A DNA stretch of 64,000 nucleotides from Rhina ancylostomus (Eukaryota): assembly GCA_030265395.1 (NCBI GenBank), contig JARFYF010000053.1, forward strand, positions 16,800,971 through 16,864,970. Direction: 5' to 3'. The notes below the pieces were generated by a model. It was not told where the DNA came from, searched no databases, and saw only the letters and a program-made list of their open reading frames with translations. The translations under genes and the position numbers were made by a program. Positions within the stretch are counted from its first letter, which is position 1. Each line of letters starts with the position of its first letter. This document shows, piece after piece, positions 13,269 to 26,959 of this stretch.

Positions 13269-13865
13269 GTATCAATGTGGAGCCACTCTGTGAATGTGAA
13301 TGAATTGTCATGTGAAACACTTAACAGTCAAAAGTGAATTACTTGTGTAAATAGATATGTTTACTTAAATGGTGTAAGCCAGAGGGAAAATTGGGCAGGG
13401 ATCCATCTTACCATGTTTCCTTCTACCAATCCTTCATTAAAAGCTACCTGAGAACTTGGATTGATCTTAAAAAAAGTATCTTCACATTTGCAGTTCTCTG
13501 TATCATAGTTAGACCACAATGATATCTCCACATTTTCTCTGCATGGAGGACTCATTTATCTACATCCTGTCTCCCATGTATAATGAGCACAATACAGTTC
13601 ATGAAGGTGCATTTAAAGTGCACTAGAGTAAAATTTGGATCTGCATTTTCAAAATATTTTGAATGAATTTTTTGGCTTATTTGTCCTGGTTCAGTTTAGT
13701 TGGTTTAGATGCCTAAGTACCATATGTTTGACACACCCATATTTTTAAAGAAGCCATGATAGTAGGACAGTGAATTTGCCAAAAGAAATATTTCCTCACT
13801 AAAGGAATAAGAGGAGGAGGCATTTCGGGCTGCACCCACCTGCCAGTTCATTCCCACTTACACTT

Positions 13866-14528
13866 GTAGAGTCATTGAGTCATAAAGCATGGAAACAGGC
13901 CTTTCAGCCCAACTGGTCCATGTCAACCAAGATTCCAAGCTAAGCCAGTTGCTCGTGTTTGGCCCATATCCCTCTAAACCTTTTTTGTTATCCATGTACA
14001 TGTCTAAGTACCTTTCAAATGTTGGTAATGTACCTGCCTCAACCATTTCCTCTGGCAGCTCATACCATATACTGACCACTCTCGAGGTGAAGAAGTTGAT
14101 NNNNNNNNNNNNNNNNNNNNNNNNNNNNNNNNNNNNNNNNNNNNNNNNNNNNNNNNNNNAACCCTGGGAAAAAGACTGCGCATATTCATCCGATCTATGC
14201 CCCTCATAATTTTATATACCTCTGCAAGATCACCCTTCATTCTCCTATGCTCCAATGAAAAATGTCCCAACCTCTCTCCATAACTCCCTTGAATCCTGTC
14301 AACACCCCTGGAAATCTCTCTGCACTCTTTCCAACTTACTGGCTATGGCAGGGTGACCAGAATGGAACACAATATTCCAATGTGGCCTTACCAACATCCA
14401 GTACAACTGCAACATAACATTCCAACTTCTATACTCAATGCCCTGACTGATGAAGGCCAGTGTGCCAAAAGTTTTCTTTTGCACCCTGTCTACCTGCAAT
14501 GCCACTTTCAAGGAACCATGTACTTGTA
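13866..14528 (-). mobile_element. CR1-type LINE 3' fragment
   Basis: Minus ORFs LAFISQGIEYRSWNVMLQLYWMLVRPH, FSLEHRRMKGDLAEVYKIMRGIDR and WYELPEEMVEAGT. Confidence 0.88.
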
Positions 14529-14953
14529 GGCAAGTACGTCCTTACCTCTCAGTAGTTTGTAGAACATGTGGCACTGGCTCTGAGAAGACCAATAACCAAA
14601 TTCAGTGCAGTTTCATCTCTGGGACTTGGGTTCAATTCACGTATTGACTGGTTTGATGAAACTATGTAGGTTGAAGAAAGGTCATGTGAGTGGAGTTTGG
14701 GAACTTCAGTCCAGCTTCCAGATGACACATGCAAAAATTGCAAAAATTCCGATTNNNNNNNNNNNNNNNNNNNNNNNNNNNNNNNNNNNNNNNNNNNNNN
14801 NNNNNNNNNNNNNNNNNNNNNNNNNNNNNNNNNNNNNNNNNNNNNNNNNNNNNNNNNNNNNNNNNNNNNNNNNNNNNNNNNNNNNNNNNNNNNNNNNNNN
14901 NNNNNNNNNNNNNNNNNNNNNNNNNNNNNNNNNNNNATTATATTGGTTTACAG

Positions 14954-15132
14954 AAAATTGATTACATGTGGAGGAAGCCAAAACTCTGCAAAGGAGATGT
15001 TGTATTGCCAGAGCAAATAGTGACAACATGCAAGTCATTAGACTTCTTCTTGAAAATTGGAATAATCACAGGGACAATTACTGCTTGCTTACTAATCGCA
15101 ACGACATGTTATTTCTACAAGAAAAATCGGAA
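14954..15132 (+). CDS. ELAPOR1: ELAPOR1 coding exon with the transmembrane helix
   Basis: ttacag|AAA; [59 protein letters not shown]; AA|gtgagt; 179 nt. Confidence 0.95.
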
Positions 15133-16856
15133 GTGAGTAAATAACCATCACTTTACAGGAATCTTCTGTTAAGAATTTAAGATACATAATATTGGAGTCA
15201 AGAAATGAGAATAGAAAGGGGGCTTCTCAATGTGTTAACAGGATGAAGAGATAGTGAGGGAGACTCATAGGTAGTTTAGAGCATGATGTAAGAACAACTG
15301 GGAAATACAATTGGATTGTTTTAACTATCCCAAGGTAGGCTTTAACCATGGTAATGTAGGTAATAAAGGCCATAATGTGGGGAAAATAATGGATATAAAT
15401 ATAGGGAACAATTGAGAAATGATGATTACTAGGTTCAGAAATGGGTAATGGAATGCCTGTACTAAAGGTGCAAGACTGAAAAGAGATATTAAAATAAGAA
15501 AAAAAATGGAGTAAATTAATTGGACCGCTGGTCCAACACTTCTAAACAAGATGACATACTGACAGTGTAGGCTCTGGAATGAATGACATTTGAAAATAGC
15601 TCTATTTCTGCAAGGACAAATAAACAAGGGTTAAAGTATGGAATTTCAAAAAAGCAACAAAAGTTAGGATTAAATGCCTCATTGAAAGATGCTAAAAAAT
15701 GGATAGGAATAAAAGGAAATATATACTACTTCAAAAATATGAGGACAACCAGATAAAACTACAAAAGGCTCCATATTATTTTGTGGTTTATACATGGGTG
15801 CAATAAGTGAAGGACCAATAAGATAATGGAGCATATATCAAGGCTATGGTTAGGTAGCAGCATTTGGTACTGTTTTGATTCCCCCATTCTACAAAACCAT
15901 AGAAGGATGATAGCAGGGTATGAGGAACTATGAATAAGAAGAGGTACGTGACCCAATGGAAAATAAGTGTTCATATAATTGAAAGTGTTTTAAACTATTA
16001 AGGGTTTATTGTGAATAGGGAAAGTATTTCCTCCCACTGGTAAAGAAGCACCAAAAGTTCAACGATATAAAATATCACTGAGAAATTCCTTAATACTGTC
16101 ATTTGTTGAAGCAGAAAATATGTTCCCTGGGGAATGGCTACCGCAAAGGCCGTAGCGTTTTTTAAAGGGACATTCAATAAATAGTTAAAGCAAGCATTTA
16201 CAGGGCTGAGGGAAATGCATGATGTCAAGTTAGCTTTTGATTCCTCCAGCAAACAACTATACATATCTAATGTCCCAAGGAGCCTCCTTGTACACGTCCA
16301 CTTGGGAATGCTTTCTTGAATTAGTTCTTAATTCATAGCATAAAAATACCAAAAGCCCAAATGCCATAAAGTACTTTAAAATATTAAATTTTAGTAACAA
16401 GACATTGCCCTGATTTTGCAAGGGTAATGTGAAGAACAGTAAAGTTACCAGGAAGTGCTGAAATAAACCAAAGGTGAATAATGCTAATTGAATAAATATT
16501 CATTGAAATGATATACAGTACTGAACAATGTATGGACTGTGGATGTCAAATACACCATATTAAATGATTTGGACAATTAAAATATCTTGAGTCAGCTTTT
16601 CTTGTATATTTAATATCTGAAAACACCTTTTTTAGCATTGTAGAATTAGACCAATGAAGAAAACATTATTCAGTGAACAAATTCTAAGTAAGAATACCAG
16701 AAAGGTAGCATTTATATTAATATTTGTTTACAGTATTTTACAGGAAGCTCTCTCAAGAAATTTTTCAAATTCCAACATGACATGCCTTCAGACATTCATT
16801 GTGGTATAAGTCTTAAATGCTGGTTAAAGTCATGCTTATAATTGAACTGTGTTTAG

Positions 16857-17022
16857 ATTAGAGTACAAATATTCCAAACTGATGATGAATGCCAATGCTA
16901 AGGATGGTGAATTGCCAGCAGTCGATAGTTGTGCCAGAATGGAAGGTGAGGACATGGAAGATGATCTGATTTTCATGAACAAGAAATCTTTGTTTGGAAA
17001 GATAAAGTCAATTGCTGTTAAG
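16857..17022 (+). CDS. ELAPOR1: ELAPOR1 coding exon, cytoplasmic tail
   Basis: tttag|A; [55 protein letters not shown]; AAG|gtatgt. EDDLIF and [10 protein letters not shown] match recalled ELAPOR1 rather than ELAPOR2 (EEEVVY..KQSLLGKLKS). Confidence 0.95.
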
Positions 17023-20000
17023 GTATGTTACTATTATATGTACTACCTCAATGCNNNNNNNNNNNNNNNNNNNNNNNNNNNNNNNNNNNNNNNNNNNNNN
17101 NNNNNNNNNNNNNNNNNNNNNNNNNNNNNNNNNNNNNNNNNNNNNNNNNNNNNNNNNNNNNNNNNNNNNNNNNNNNNNNNNNNNNNNNNNNNNNNNNNNN
17201 NNNNNNNNNNNNNNNNNNNNNNNNNNNNNNNNNNNNNNNNNNNNNNNNNNNNNNNNNNNNNNNNNNNNNNNNNNNNNNNNNNNNNNNNNNNNNNNNNNNN
17301 NNNNNNNNNNNNNNNNNNNNNNNNNNNNNNNNNNNNNNNNNNNNNNNNNNNNNNNNNNNNAGATATTTACCGAATGTGGATCTGGCACCTGCATGTATGT
17401 GACTTGCACTTGCATGGAGGCTGCCGGTCAGGTGCAGTGACATCAAGCAGAGTGTAATGCTTTTTTGATGTCACTTGTATAAATTTGTATTACACAGACG
17501 TAGTGCACCAAGTTGGTCTTAACTGAAGAGATGAGGTCTGCTTCAGCAATAATCCTTGGTCTCTGCTGAGGAGTTTGTTTTCTTCCTAATATGTGTCATT
17601 TTTAAGCTTTTATTATTGGTGATAGCTCCCAGCAATCTGTTGATGCTTTCGGGTCTCCACTCCTTCACCCCACCCCCAAAGCCCCACTCCCACCTCCTCC
17701 TCTCCGACCATCTCTACAGCTGAATATCCACCCTGGTAATTTCTACTGCTGGGTCCTTTCTCTCCACCCCCTTTCCCTAGTAATTCTCACTCCAACATTT
17801 CCAAGACCACCACCTTCCTTCTGATCATCTCCCACAACCTACCTCCCCTTCCCCCACATCCACCCACTGCACCCCGTTTCCAGTCTGGTTATTATCATGG
17901 AGGAAAGATACTTTGGAAGTTTAGTCATGCAAAGCCTATTATACTTGCAGCAGCTTAGGCCTCGTTATTATAGAATATCCAAAGCATAGGCTCTTACACA
18001 TAACCATCCCAAGCCCTCACACATCACCACTTTATTCTCTGTTTCTAGATGCGTTGTAATTTCTTGGCCAATGTAAGCAAACAGCTCTTAATCCTTTGAT
18101 TAATATGTTCTTTGTTTGTTTGTTTCATTGAAATTCCCTCTCATTGAATAGGTTTAAGCCAACATTTGAGAGTGTTCTGAATCAGAGTAATATCCCTGTA
18201 TATATTTATGACATGGGAAAAGAGTGGGCTTTCAGAACCCAAATGACAACACATAAACAAAAGTAATTCAGTTTAGAAGTTCAGATGTCAGAACCCTGAA
18301 GCTGGGTCAATGTTCTCACTGCAGCTGCCAGTATCTACCATGCAATATACACAGTGTGTTTCATTTTCGTTAGGTTGCAATTTTTGTTTCTCACTTGGGA
18401 TGCAGCTGCCTGGATATTAACTATTTTTCCAGCAAGTTGCCATGTTGGTTGTTTCTCATGAGATCTGGAAATAGAATATCAGCAAGCCATTTAATTATGG
18501 AGATCATGCTGAGGTCAATCATACTTGCTGCCCACATGTACAGCAACAATCAGCAGGCATACTGCCCAATGTTGTTTCCTCCTTAGCTTAGGAGTACTGG
18601 GGGATTGGTAATATCCCTAGTACTCTGCTAGTTGAGGTTGGCTAATTCAATGTGAACAGGAACTGAATGTAGAACCTTTCACAAGTGCAACCCACGTGTG
18701 CACCAAACAAAAGTTGAATCAGTGGGGGCTTTCTCCTCATACAATAACTGGACAGTTGGTAAATTTTCAGAGGCAAGACCTGAAGGTGTTTTGAAACAAT
18801 TGGTAAGGTCTGCAGTTTTCTCATTATTAATAATGTGGTTTGCTTTAAATGTATTTTAAAATAATGTGGAACCATAGAAGTTCATTTATTGATACAGTTG
18901 GGTAAAAGGTATAAGTACCTTGTAAGGTATGTGTACCTTCCCCTTGTGTTAAATATCTCAACAATTATCTTTGGACTATACAATGAAACAATATTGCAAA
19001 CCCCTAATAATATGATGCCAGGTAGTAGTTTGCCTGCTCCTAATGCAAATTGTTGATACCCATTTTTACATCTGGACTGTCTGCACTTCTGTTTTTAGCC
19101 TTCATATGCACTTGATCCTGGCATAGAAGAATGTTTTGCCCTAGGAAACAGGTTCTTTGACTGAAGCTCAGTGTCCACCACTTAGATAGAAATGGTGAGC
19201 AATAATTGAAGAAATAAAAAAATAAATCAGTTAGTAAAATCTAGCTAATAATTTATGGAAATTGTTTGTATGCACAAGTAACAGGGAAAGGTAAACATGG
19301 TATTTCCTTAGGTTACATCAATATATGTATTATCATGATATATAGAGCAATAATAAATTTGAACAAAAACATTATTAGTTTTCTATCCCGTGGGTATGCT
19401 AGTTTTAAATTCATAGTTACATGAATAGTTTGCACCTTTAAAGAAAAATGTTGTAATTTCTCAAGGAGAGAAGCTTTCTTCCATACAATTTTTGGGCTGT
19501 GGACAATGCTGACAAGGCCAGCACTCACTGCCAAATCCTAACTGAGAAGGTGTGGTGAGTTAATTTCTTGAACCTCTGTAGCTGTTAAGTTGCAGCTGAA
19601 TGCCTTGCTGGGCCAATACAGAGTACAATTAAGAGACAGGGTCTTGAGTCACAAAGACTAAAATAGGTATGATACAGAAGTTGTGTAAAAATATTGGTGT
19701 GCCAGAGGGATGACAACAGTATTGTTGAAATGATTCGGGCATGTTTTTAAAGATAGTGAATGAGGTTCTGAGTCGAAGGGTCTTGGAGCAGGATTTCTAG
19801 AGAATAATGTACTGGTGTCTGAAGGTGTTCACAACCAAGATGAAATGGGAGGAGAACAAGATTCTTAGATCCCAGAATCAGAGGACCAAGGAGATGATAA
19901 GAATCACACAAATTAGCATGCACGTGGTCCACAGGGGAATTCCAGTGGCATTGTTCGCTCATACAATGTCTGCTTAAACCTTGCTATTAAATGATAAGTA

Positions 20001-20339
20001 ACGTAATGACTAAGAGCTTTCCTTAAAAAATAATATAGATTTAATATCAGCCTTGGATCAGGAGCAGCAGCATTGCATCTGAGATATAAAGTAGTGATTT
20101 CTAGTGCCATTCCAGAGTCCTGAGCATGTAATAAGTAAAACAGAAAATGCTGAAAATACTCAGGCAAGGCAGCATCTGCAGAAAGAGTAGCAGTTAGCCA
20201 ACAGCTAACTCTTTGTCAAAACTGAGAAAGTGAAAAATAAGTAAGTTTTCAGTAGCAGAGAAGGTGGGGGAAGGGACAGGTAGAAAGGTGGAATATCTCT
20301 GATAGGGCAAGACCAAATAACTTGATGTGGCTGTAGGTA

Positions 20340-20585
20340 TGTAACCTGTGCTGATACTTGGGTATGTTACTGAGGAAGTGCTACATTTTCCATCTTCTTC
20401 AAATGAGATGTTAAACCAACCTGTCTTAATTTACACAATTTGGAGAAAAGCAGGGGTATGGCCGGTACTCTCCAGGGGTATGGCCGGTACTCTCCAGGGG
20501 TATGGCCGGTACTTTTCCCTCAAGCAACATTGTGAAAGAATAAATATCTGGTCTTTAGGTTAGTGCTGTTTATGGAACCTTTGCC
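20340..20585 (+). mobile_element. DeuSINE-like fragment containing a 22-nt tandem triplication
   Basis: atgagatgttaaacc..agcagggg..ttccctcaagcaacat..atctggtc resembles the recalled Deu domain. The unit caggggtatggccggtactctc starts at 20451, 20473 and (diverged) 20495. Confidence 0.6.
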
Positions 20586-21552
20586 TTTCCTTCATATGAT
20601 TTTGTTTTATTTTTTATTAATTATACATTGCTTTTCCCTCCCATTTCCCCTTTCTTTTCTCTGCAAGTAGAAATATACAAAGTGACAGGCAAAGAATCCC
20701 ATTAAAAGGGGAAGTAAACGAGAAGCATACAACTGGATGAGTTAAAAATCAGAAAAAGATGTACAAAATAGTGAATAATTTTACTTATTTAACACGACAG
20801 CATGAGGATTTGTTGACTGCCTGCTTTTTTCCATGGTGCCTGGCCTGCTGAGTTCCTCCAGCATCCTAGTGTTTTTCATTGGCATTAGGATTCAATACAC
20901 TGAAGCACTCAATGATATAATTAAAATAACAGACATAATTTGGAATATGTCAATGAATATAATGTCTCTGCAGCAACTTGTATTAGGCTATTATTATGAA
21001 TGTTCTCAAAAGGTTATTTTTAATTATGTTCAGTTGAGCAAGCTGGTCTTTCCTCCTTCTATGGTAAGCATGTCTTGATTATCGTAATCCAAACATTCAT
21101 ATATAAAACCAATTTTTAGTAAAAATGTTTGCATTGGTTAAGATGGTTTTAAGATTATTTAAACTCTCTTTCCCAACTAAGTACCTCACTCACTGGAAAC
21201 ATCTGTTGAAAAGTATGTCATTTTCCTGTGAGGTTTTTTTCTCATCCAATGAATTAGGTGAGCATTTGGATTTGTGTTCATGATAGAAGAAACTCGTATA
21301 ACAGCATGTATATAATGTAGTTTAAACTTGGTTTATATGTAGCTGCATTTTTTACTTACTAGTTCCATGGAGTTTTACTTTTATCAATTGAAATACAGTA
21401 ACTACTTACAGACAAATGGCAGAAAGACTTAAGTTCATTGCCTTTGTGAACTGGCGTCACAGATGGGTAATAATCAAATCTCATATGATATCCTAGATTC
21501 CAGGGCATTCATCTCAATTTCTAATTTTACATTTCTCTTTTTGTAATTTCAG

Positions 21553-21621
21553 AGAACACCAGATGGTTTTGATTGTGTTCCACTGAAATCTTCCTCGGGA
21601 TCAGCAGTCATGGAAATGTAA
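21553..21621 (+). CDS. ELAPOR1: ELAPOR1 terminal coding exon (to stop codon)
   Basis: Long pyrimidine tract, tttcag|AGA; RTPDGFDCVPLKSSSGSAVMEM* (TAA 21619-21621); recalled human end [22 protein letters not shown]. Confidence 0.93.
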   Translation, partial: RTPDGFDCVPLKSSSGSAVMEM

Positions 21622-24600
21622 CATGAGCTCTCACATGCTCTGCTTTGTTGACACACACACTAAAGTGGCCTTCATTGAGATACGTTTGAACTAAGAATAC
21701 TTTGTCTTAAAAAAATTATCATTAGAAAGTTAAATATAAATGAAGATCCTTTTGTATAAATGATATAAACATTGATTCATGATGGCCTTACTACTGTATC
21801 ATTTATGTACTACAAAAATTTTTTAAAGATTAATTTATGTTCAAATCTTTAAAGTGACTGGAGATTAATGACAATCAACATTACTCATTCTGGGACCACT
21901 TATCAATTTTTGTATACCCCAGAACTGTGAATTAAGTTGTTAAATAATGAAACTAAAATACTCGTCAAATACTTCAAGACATCACCAGCTCATGTTAAAA
22001 ATACAGCTTTGAAATGGAAACAACTCATGGGTCAAATACCAATTGGGTAGTTGCTGGGAGTTGTTCTTTCTCTTTCTTAGTCCTTAGCCCATCTTCTTAA
22101 GAGAGCCACCTACATAAACCAATGCATCGCCTCTAAATTGCATGTCTTCTGCGTCAATTACCAAACCACATTTCATTTGAAACGAAGCCTGAAAATCACC
22201 ATGGAAGCTGTATATCTGACTTAAAGCCAACAATATCCAAGCAGACTAGTTGCTTTTCTCCCAATATATCTTGCATGAATATCTGCAGTAGTCATTTTGA
22301 TGAAGCAAGTGGCTGTTTAACTAATATTAAGTTAATGTTTACTGTTGAATAGTTCTTATTTAGTCATAATACAAAAGCCTTCTAGTTGTTCTCGGACAAT
22401 CTGCTTGCTGTCAGGAAAATGGTGGTATTTCATAAAGGAGGCCAATTTAAATTCTTTCCATATACTGTGCATCACTGCTAAATATTCTGNNNNNNNNNNN
22501 NNNNNNNNNNNNNNNNNNNNNNNNNNNNNNNNNNNNNNNNNNNNNNNNNNNNNNNNNNNNNNNNNNNNNNNNNNNNNNNNNNNNNNNNNNNNNNNNNNNN
22601 NNNNNNNNNNNNNNNNNNNNNNNNNNNNNNNNNNNNNNNNNNNNNNNNNNNNNNNNNNNNNNNNNNNNNNNNNNNNNNNNNNNNNNNNNNNNNNNNNNNN
22701 NNNNNNNNNNNNNNNNNNNNNNNNNNNNNNNNNNNNNNNNNNNNNNNNNNNNNNNNNNNNNNNNNNNNNNNNNNNNNNNNNNNNNNNNNNNNNNNNNNNN
22801 NNNNNNNNNNNNNNNNNNNNNNNNNNNNNNNNNNNNNNNNNNNNNNNNNNNNNNNNNNNNNNNNNNNNNNNNNNNNNNNNNNNNNNNNNNNNNNNNNNNN
22901 NNNNNNNNNNNNNNNNNNNNNNNNNNNNNNNNNNNNNNNNNNNNNNNNNNNNNNNNNNNNNNNNNNNNNNNNNNNNNNNNNNNNNNNNNNNNNNNNNNNN
23001 NNNNNNNNNNNNNNNNNNNNNNNNNNNNNNNNNNNNNNNNNNNNNNNNNNNNNNNNNNNNNNNNNNNNNNNNNNNNNNNNNNNNNNNNNNNNNNNNNNNN
23101 NNNNNNNNNNNNNNNNNNNNNNNNNNNNNNNNNNNNNNNNNNNNNNNNNNNNNNNNNNNNNNNNNNNNNNNNNNNNNNNNNNNNNNNNNNNNNTGTTATA
23201 AAAGTCTTAAACTGCAGTCATGATGATCCTACTTTGATGGTGATTCAATTAAAGACATATTTATCTCAAAGAGTATTTTTGGTTCTATACATGTGCTATT
23301 TTTCTGTCTGGAAATACTTTGCACATGAGAGTTAATTTTAAGGCAAAATTTGTGCTAAATCCAGGAGCTTTTAATTGGTTTCTAAAATTGCTGGAAGGAA
23401 ATTTGTAAGTTTGTAGTTTGCTCATCACCTGATGTAATGTTTTGGGCCTCCAGTTTTGAGCCCACTTTGAAGTACGTCAGCATTAGTGTTCTGCTCCTGA
23501 AGGCAATTATTTTAAGCAGGGTGAGGTTGTGTTGATTATTACCTACGTGTTAATTTCTAATGTTAGTGAAGTCATGTTGGATGCAATTCTAATCTGCCCT
23601 TAGCATTACTGCAACATGCAAAAAAAAAGTTTTTAAAAGAATAGTTTTTGAAAGTTCTTTATTGCACTCCAGTTCTTTATTGTACCCCAGATGTATTTTG
23701 TCTTATCCTTGATTGGAAGAGGCCTAAATTTTGTTTTGGATGTTGGGGGTTGCATTTGAAAGGGTTGTGCAAGGGCAGAGCCAACATCAATTTATCTTCA
23801 CCTGCTGGGATGAATACCTGTTCTTGGCCAAAAGGAATATCCATTAGTGTAGCTGTCCATGCTATTAACGGTTGACTTAAACCAGTCCTTGCATAATTCT
23901 ACTTGCATTGCATAGTAAAGCCTTCTGTTTGATTATCTCTAGAAAGACCCTATTTAACTTCAACTGGGGAAAACTTTTTGACTACAAAATAAGGTCACTG
24001 TATTCACACTTACTTTAATCCTTAACCAGTTCAAAATGTGTAATTGAATCAGATCTTGGTATTGTAAAATTATAAGTGTGTGCAAACTATCAATTTTAAT
24101 TTGAATTATTTTAACAGAAATGCTAAAGATTAGCAAGTCACACCATGCTCAGTGTACCTTTTATGATGAAATATTACCTCTCCTTGGGAGAAAAGTAACT
24201 ACTCCCTGTGAATAAATCATGGAAACATCCACCCCCTTGCTTGTGAGTTTGGAATATCAACATAATCAGCAGATTTATAATTATGTGATCTACACAAAGA
24301 ATCTTCCCTTTGCTTAAACTCTTTACCTTGCTGCTGTTGAAAGGATCACAGGACTAATCCATCACTATCCAAGACCAGTCCTTTATTATCAGAGGACCAA
24401 TCTCCATCACTATCATGAACACCAAATTATTCCTCAGATCAGAGTTTGTGATATCAAAAAAAAAGTATTCAAATTGCACTTGCTTAACTTCTCAGTGTGT
24501 GTTTTATTTCTGACCTCCTTTCTATTAATTGGATAGTTTTCCCTCCGCTAGTTATTGTCCTCTTACAACATACCATGCTTAAGAGGACAGGAAGTTAGTC

Positions 24601-25830
24601 TCAGACAGTTATCTGCCTAGATTTGTAAATGTTCAATATAGGTAACTTATCTTCAGACTTTCTTTCTCTCCTGTGCAACACTATTTGCCCCACAACAACA
24701 TAACTGAAATTAGGAACTTAATTTCTGATGAGCTTGGAGACAAATATGGAAGCTAGAATTCTGTTTTTTTTCAATCAGTGCTTTGGATAGTTTTTTTTCT
24801 TCTAAAAATTTAAATTTTATTAAGTCAGCAACTCTAAATGTTATATTAGTTTTCTGTAATTAGAAAGATCATTTGTTTCAGATCAGTCTAGAACTGTGTT
24901 GGCAGGGTAATCTGGGTGTACATTTGGCAGTGGAGGCAAATATTTTTCTTTAAATGGCTGAATACTTCAAACTGGCCTTGGCCAAAGGGAAAACAAAAGA
25001 CAGATAGTGAATTTTCTGGCTAGCTCAAGTACAGTTCTGGAACTATTCCAATTGAATTGCTTTCCTCATGGACAAACCACCAATATGTTATGACTAGATC
25101 TCAAGTAGTGTTATGTCAAAAATGGTGGAACTAAAATTTATCTTTAAACAACAATGCAACTTTTCATGGATATTTAATGATATAATTTTGTTATGGGATC
25201 ACTTAAAATGTGTCAGCATAGTAATGTATATTCATATTTTGTTTTGTAGATATATGCAGAAAATTTTTAACATATTTTCAATGTGCTAGTGTCAACATGC
25301 CTGGTCTGCAATTAACTAGTGATATGATTAGGTTGGAAATAATCTTAAGAAAGCTGCACTGTTTATGACATTTTTCCCACTATGTAAATGGAGGCATAAA
25401 TCTGCTTAGGATAATCATTTTAAGGTTCTCACATACCAAAGACATACATGTTGGTAGGCTAATTGGCCACTATAATTTGCCCCTAGTGTGTAGGTGAGCG
25501 GTAGAATCTGGGGGAAGTTGACTGACGTGAGGAGAATAAAATAGTATTAGTGTAAATGGGTGCTTGATAGATGGTGCAGACTCGGTGGATCAAAGGACCT
25601 TGATCCATGCTGCATGACTCAATGACTAAAATTGCAGGCAAGTCAGTGTCATTTGAATATTAAGCATTCATCTGCTAAAATTGTCGAGAGAATTTCCAAC
25701 TTCCTATTTTCTGAAATGGTCTTATTGCCTACATTTTATTCTATATTATTTTTTTGTGAAATTGAATTAAAAATGAAGGAAACTTTGTCATGCTTCATTT
25801 TAAATAAAGTGCTTTATTTTTGTCATTCCA
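21622..25830 (+). other. Putative long ELAPOR1 3' UTR with candidate poly(A) signals
   Basis: AT-rich, repeat-poor sequence after the stop. AATAAA at 24211-24216 and at 25803-25808, the latter followed by a T-rich tract. The true 3' end cannot be determined from DNA alone, and a ~700-N gap lies inside. Confidence 0.4.
25415..25630 (+). mobile_element. V-SINE 3' half
   Basis: ccaaaagacatacatgttggtaggctaattggccac..gccctagtgtgtaggtgagcggtagaatctggggg..ccatgctgcatgactcaatgact. Confidence 0.7.
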
Positions 25831-26959
25831 CTTCTAATTTACAAATGCAGAAAAAGAGGGCTTTGTCTTCAGTACCTTCCTGTCTTAAATCAGCTTTTGG
25901 TTTTTTGTGCTGTCCACAGTCCCATAAGGACTATTTCTTAGGCAATTCAGAGTACGGGGGGGGGGGGGGGGTGAAAGTCACCAAACGTTTGTAANNNNNN
26001 NNNNNNNNNNNNNNNNNNNNNNNNNNNNNNNNNNNNNNNNNNNNNNNNNNNNNNNNNNNNNNNNNNNNNNNNNNNNNNNNNNNNNNNNNNNNNNAAAGAC
26101 ACCAAACGTTTGTAACCCAAGCATGGGTTTGTTTCAAGAAAAGAAATACATTGTGATTTACTATTTCTTTTGAAGGATTAGGGAGAGGGGTACTGGAATT
26201 GCTTGTATCCTGAGGGGTTACCTGAAGCAATTCGGATCCTAAAAACTATGCTCTGTCAAGTAGAAAGATAGTCTGACCTCTTCAGAAGTTTTCAATTTTG
26301 GCATACATGTCTGTTTAATTTGTTGTAACACATAATGTATCTTCTGTTATTTAATCCTGTGTAAATATTAAAGTTTGGTGTCTTTACTGCTTTTTACCAA
26401 GAGTTTTTTCCTTAATCATTTTAATTCCAATTTAAAGAATATAAGACATAGAAAATGAACATGTGGCTTTGATACTTTTTTTCAATTTGCTTTCCCCCTA
26501 ATTTGACTAGAAAGGTGTTTAGACTTCCATTAAATGATTACTTTGTGGACTAGTGGTTCCCAACCTTTTGAATAAAAGCTCCATTTGTTCACAGTCAGTA
26601 AAAATGCTTGCCCTTTTCATCCCCATAAACTTTTGATGATGTCATGAGCTGCTTCTTTTAAAGAGTCGGAGCTATTCTTGGGATTCCTGAAGATTGCTAG
26701 CAGCACTCCTACTGTTGTGTATATTACTTTTTTTATACCCTTTTTGTGACAATTCTAATGCCTCAGTATTATAATAACCTCACAGCCCCTTTTCCTAGCT
26801 GTAACCTTTGGTGCTCAATATTTAGACTCTGCTCAATACTGCACTCAAAAACAATTGAGATACTCTGGTTTTGTTCTATGATTTTAATATTGTGATTAAT
26901 GTAAAATAAACCTTATGAACAAGCATCACATGAGATTCAGGCCAATGCTCTTCGTGAGT

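Noticed and set aside
20451-20516. CRISPR-like repeat array
   Set aside because: The units are contiguous with no spacers, in a eukaryotic intron; this is a simple tandem duplication.
976-21621. Calling the gene ELAPOR2 because it neighbours a SEMA3D-like gene
   Set aside because: The cytoplasmic tail ([27 protein letters not shown]) matches recalled ELAPOR1, not ELAPOR2.
22345-23223. Long ORFs such as the 292-aa one, and others containing X runs
   Set aside because: Artefacts of translating through N gaps.
25956-26115. 16-G run and the repeat caccaaacgtttgtaa on both sides of a 100-N gap
   Set aside because: Most simply explained by overlapping contig ends and a homopolymer problem, not a biological repeat or TSD.
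26550-26571. ctagtggttcccaacctttt, resembling a hAT-Charlie terminus
   Set aside because: No partner inverted repeat or TSD identified; too short to call.
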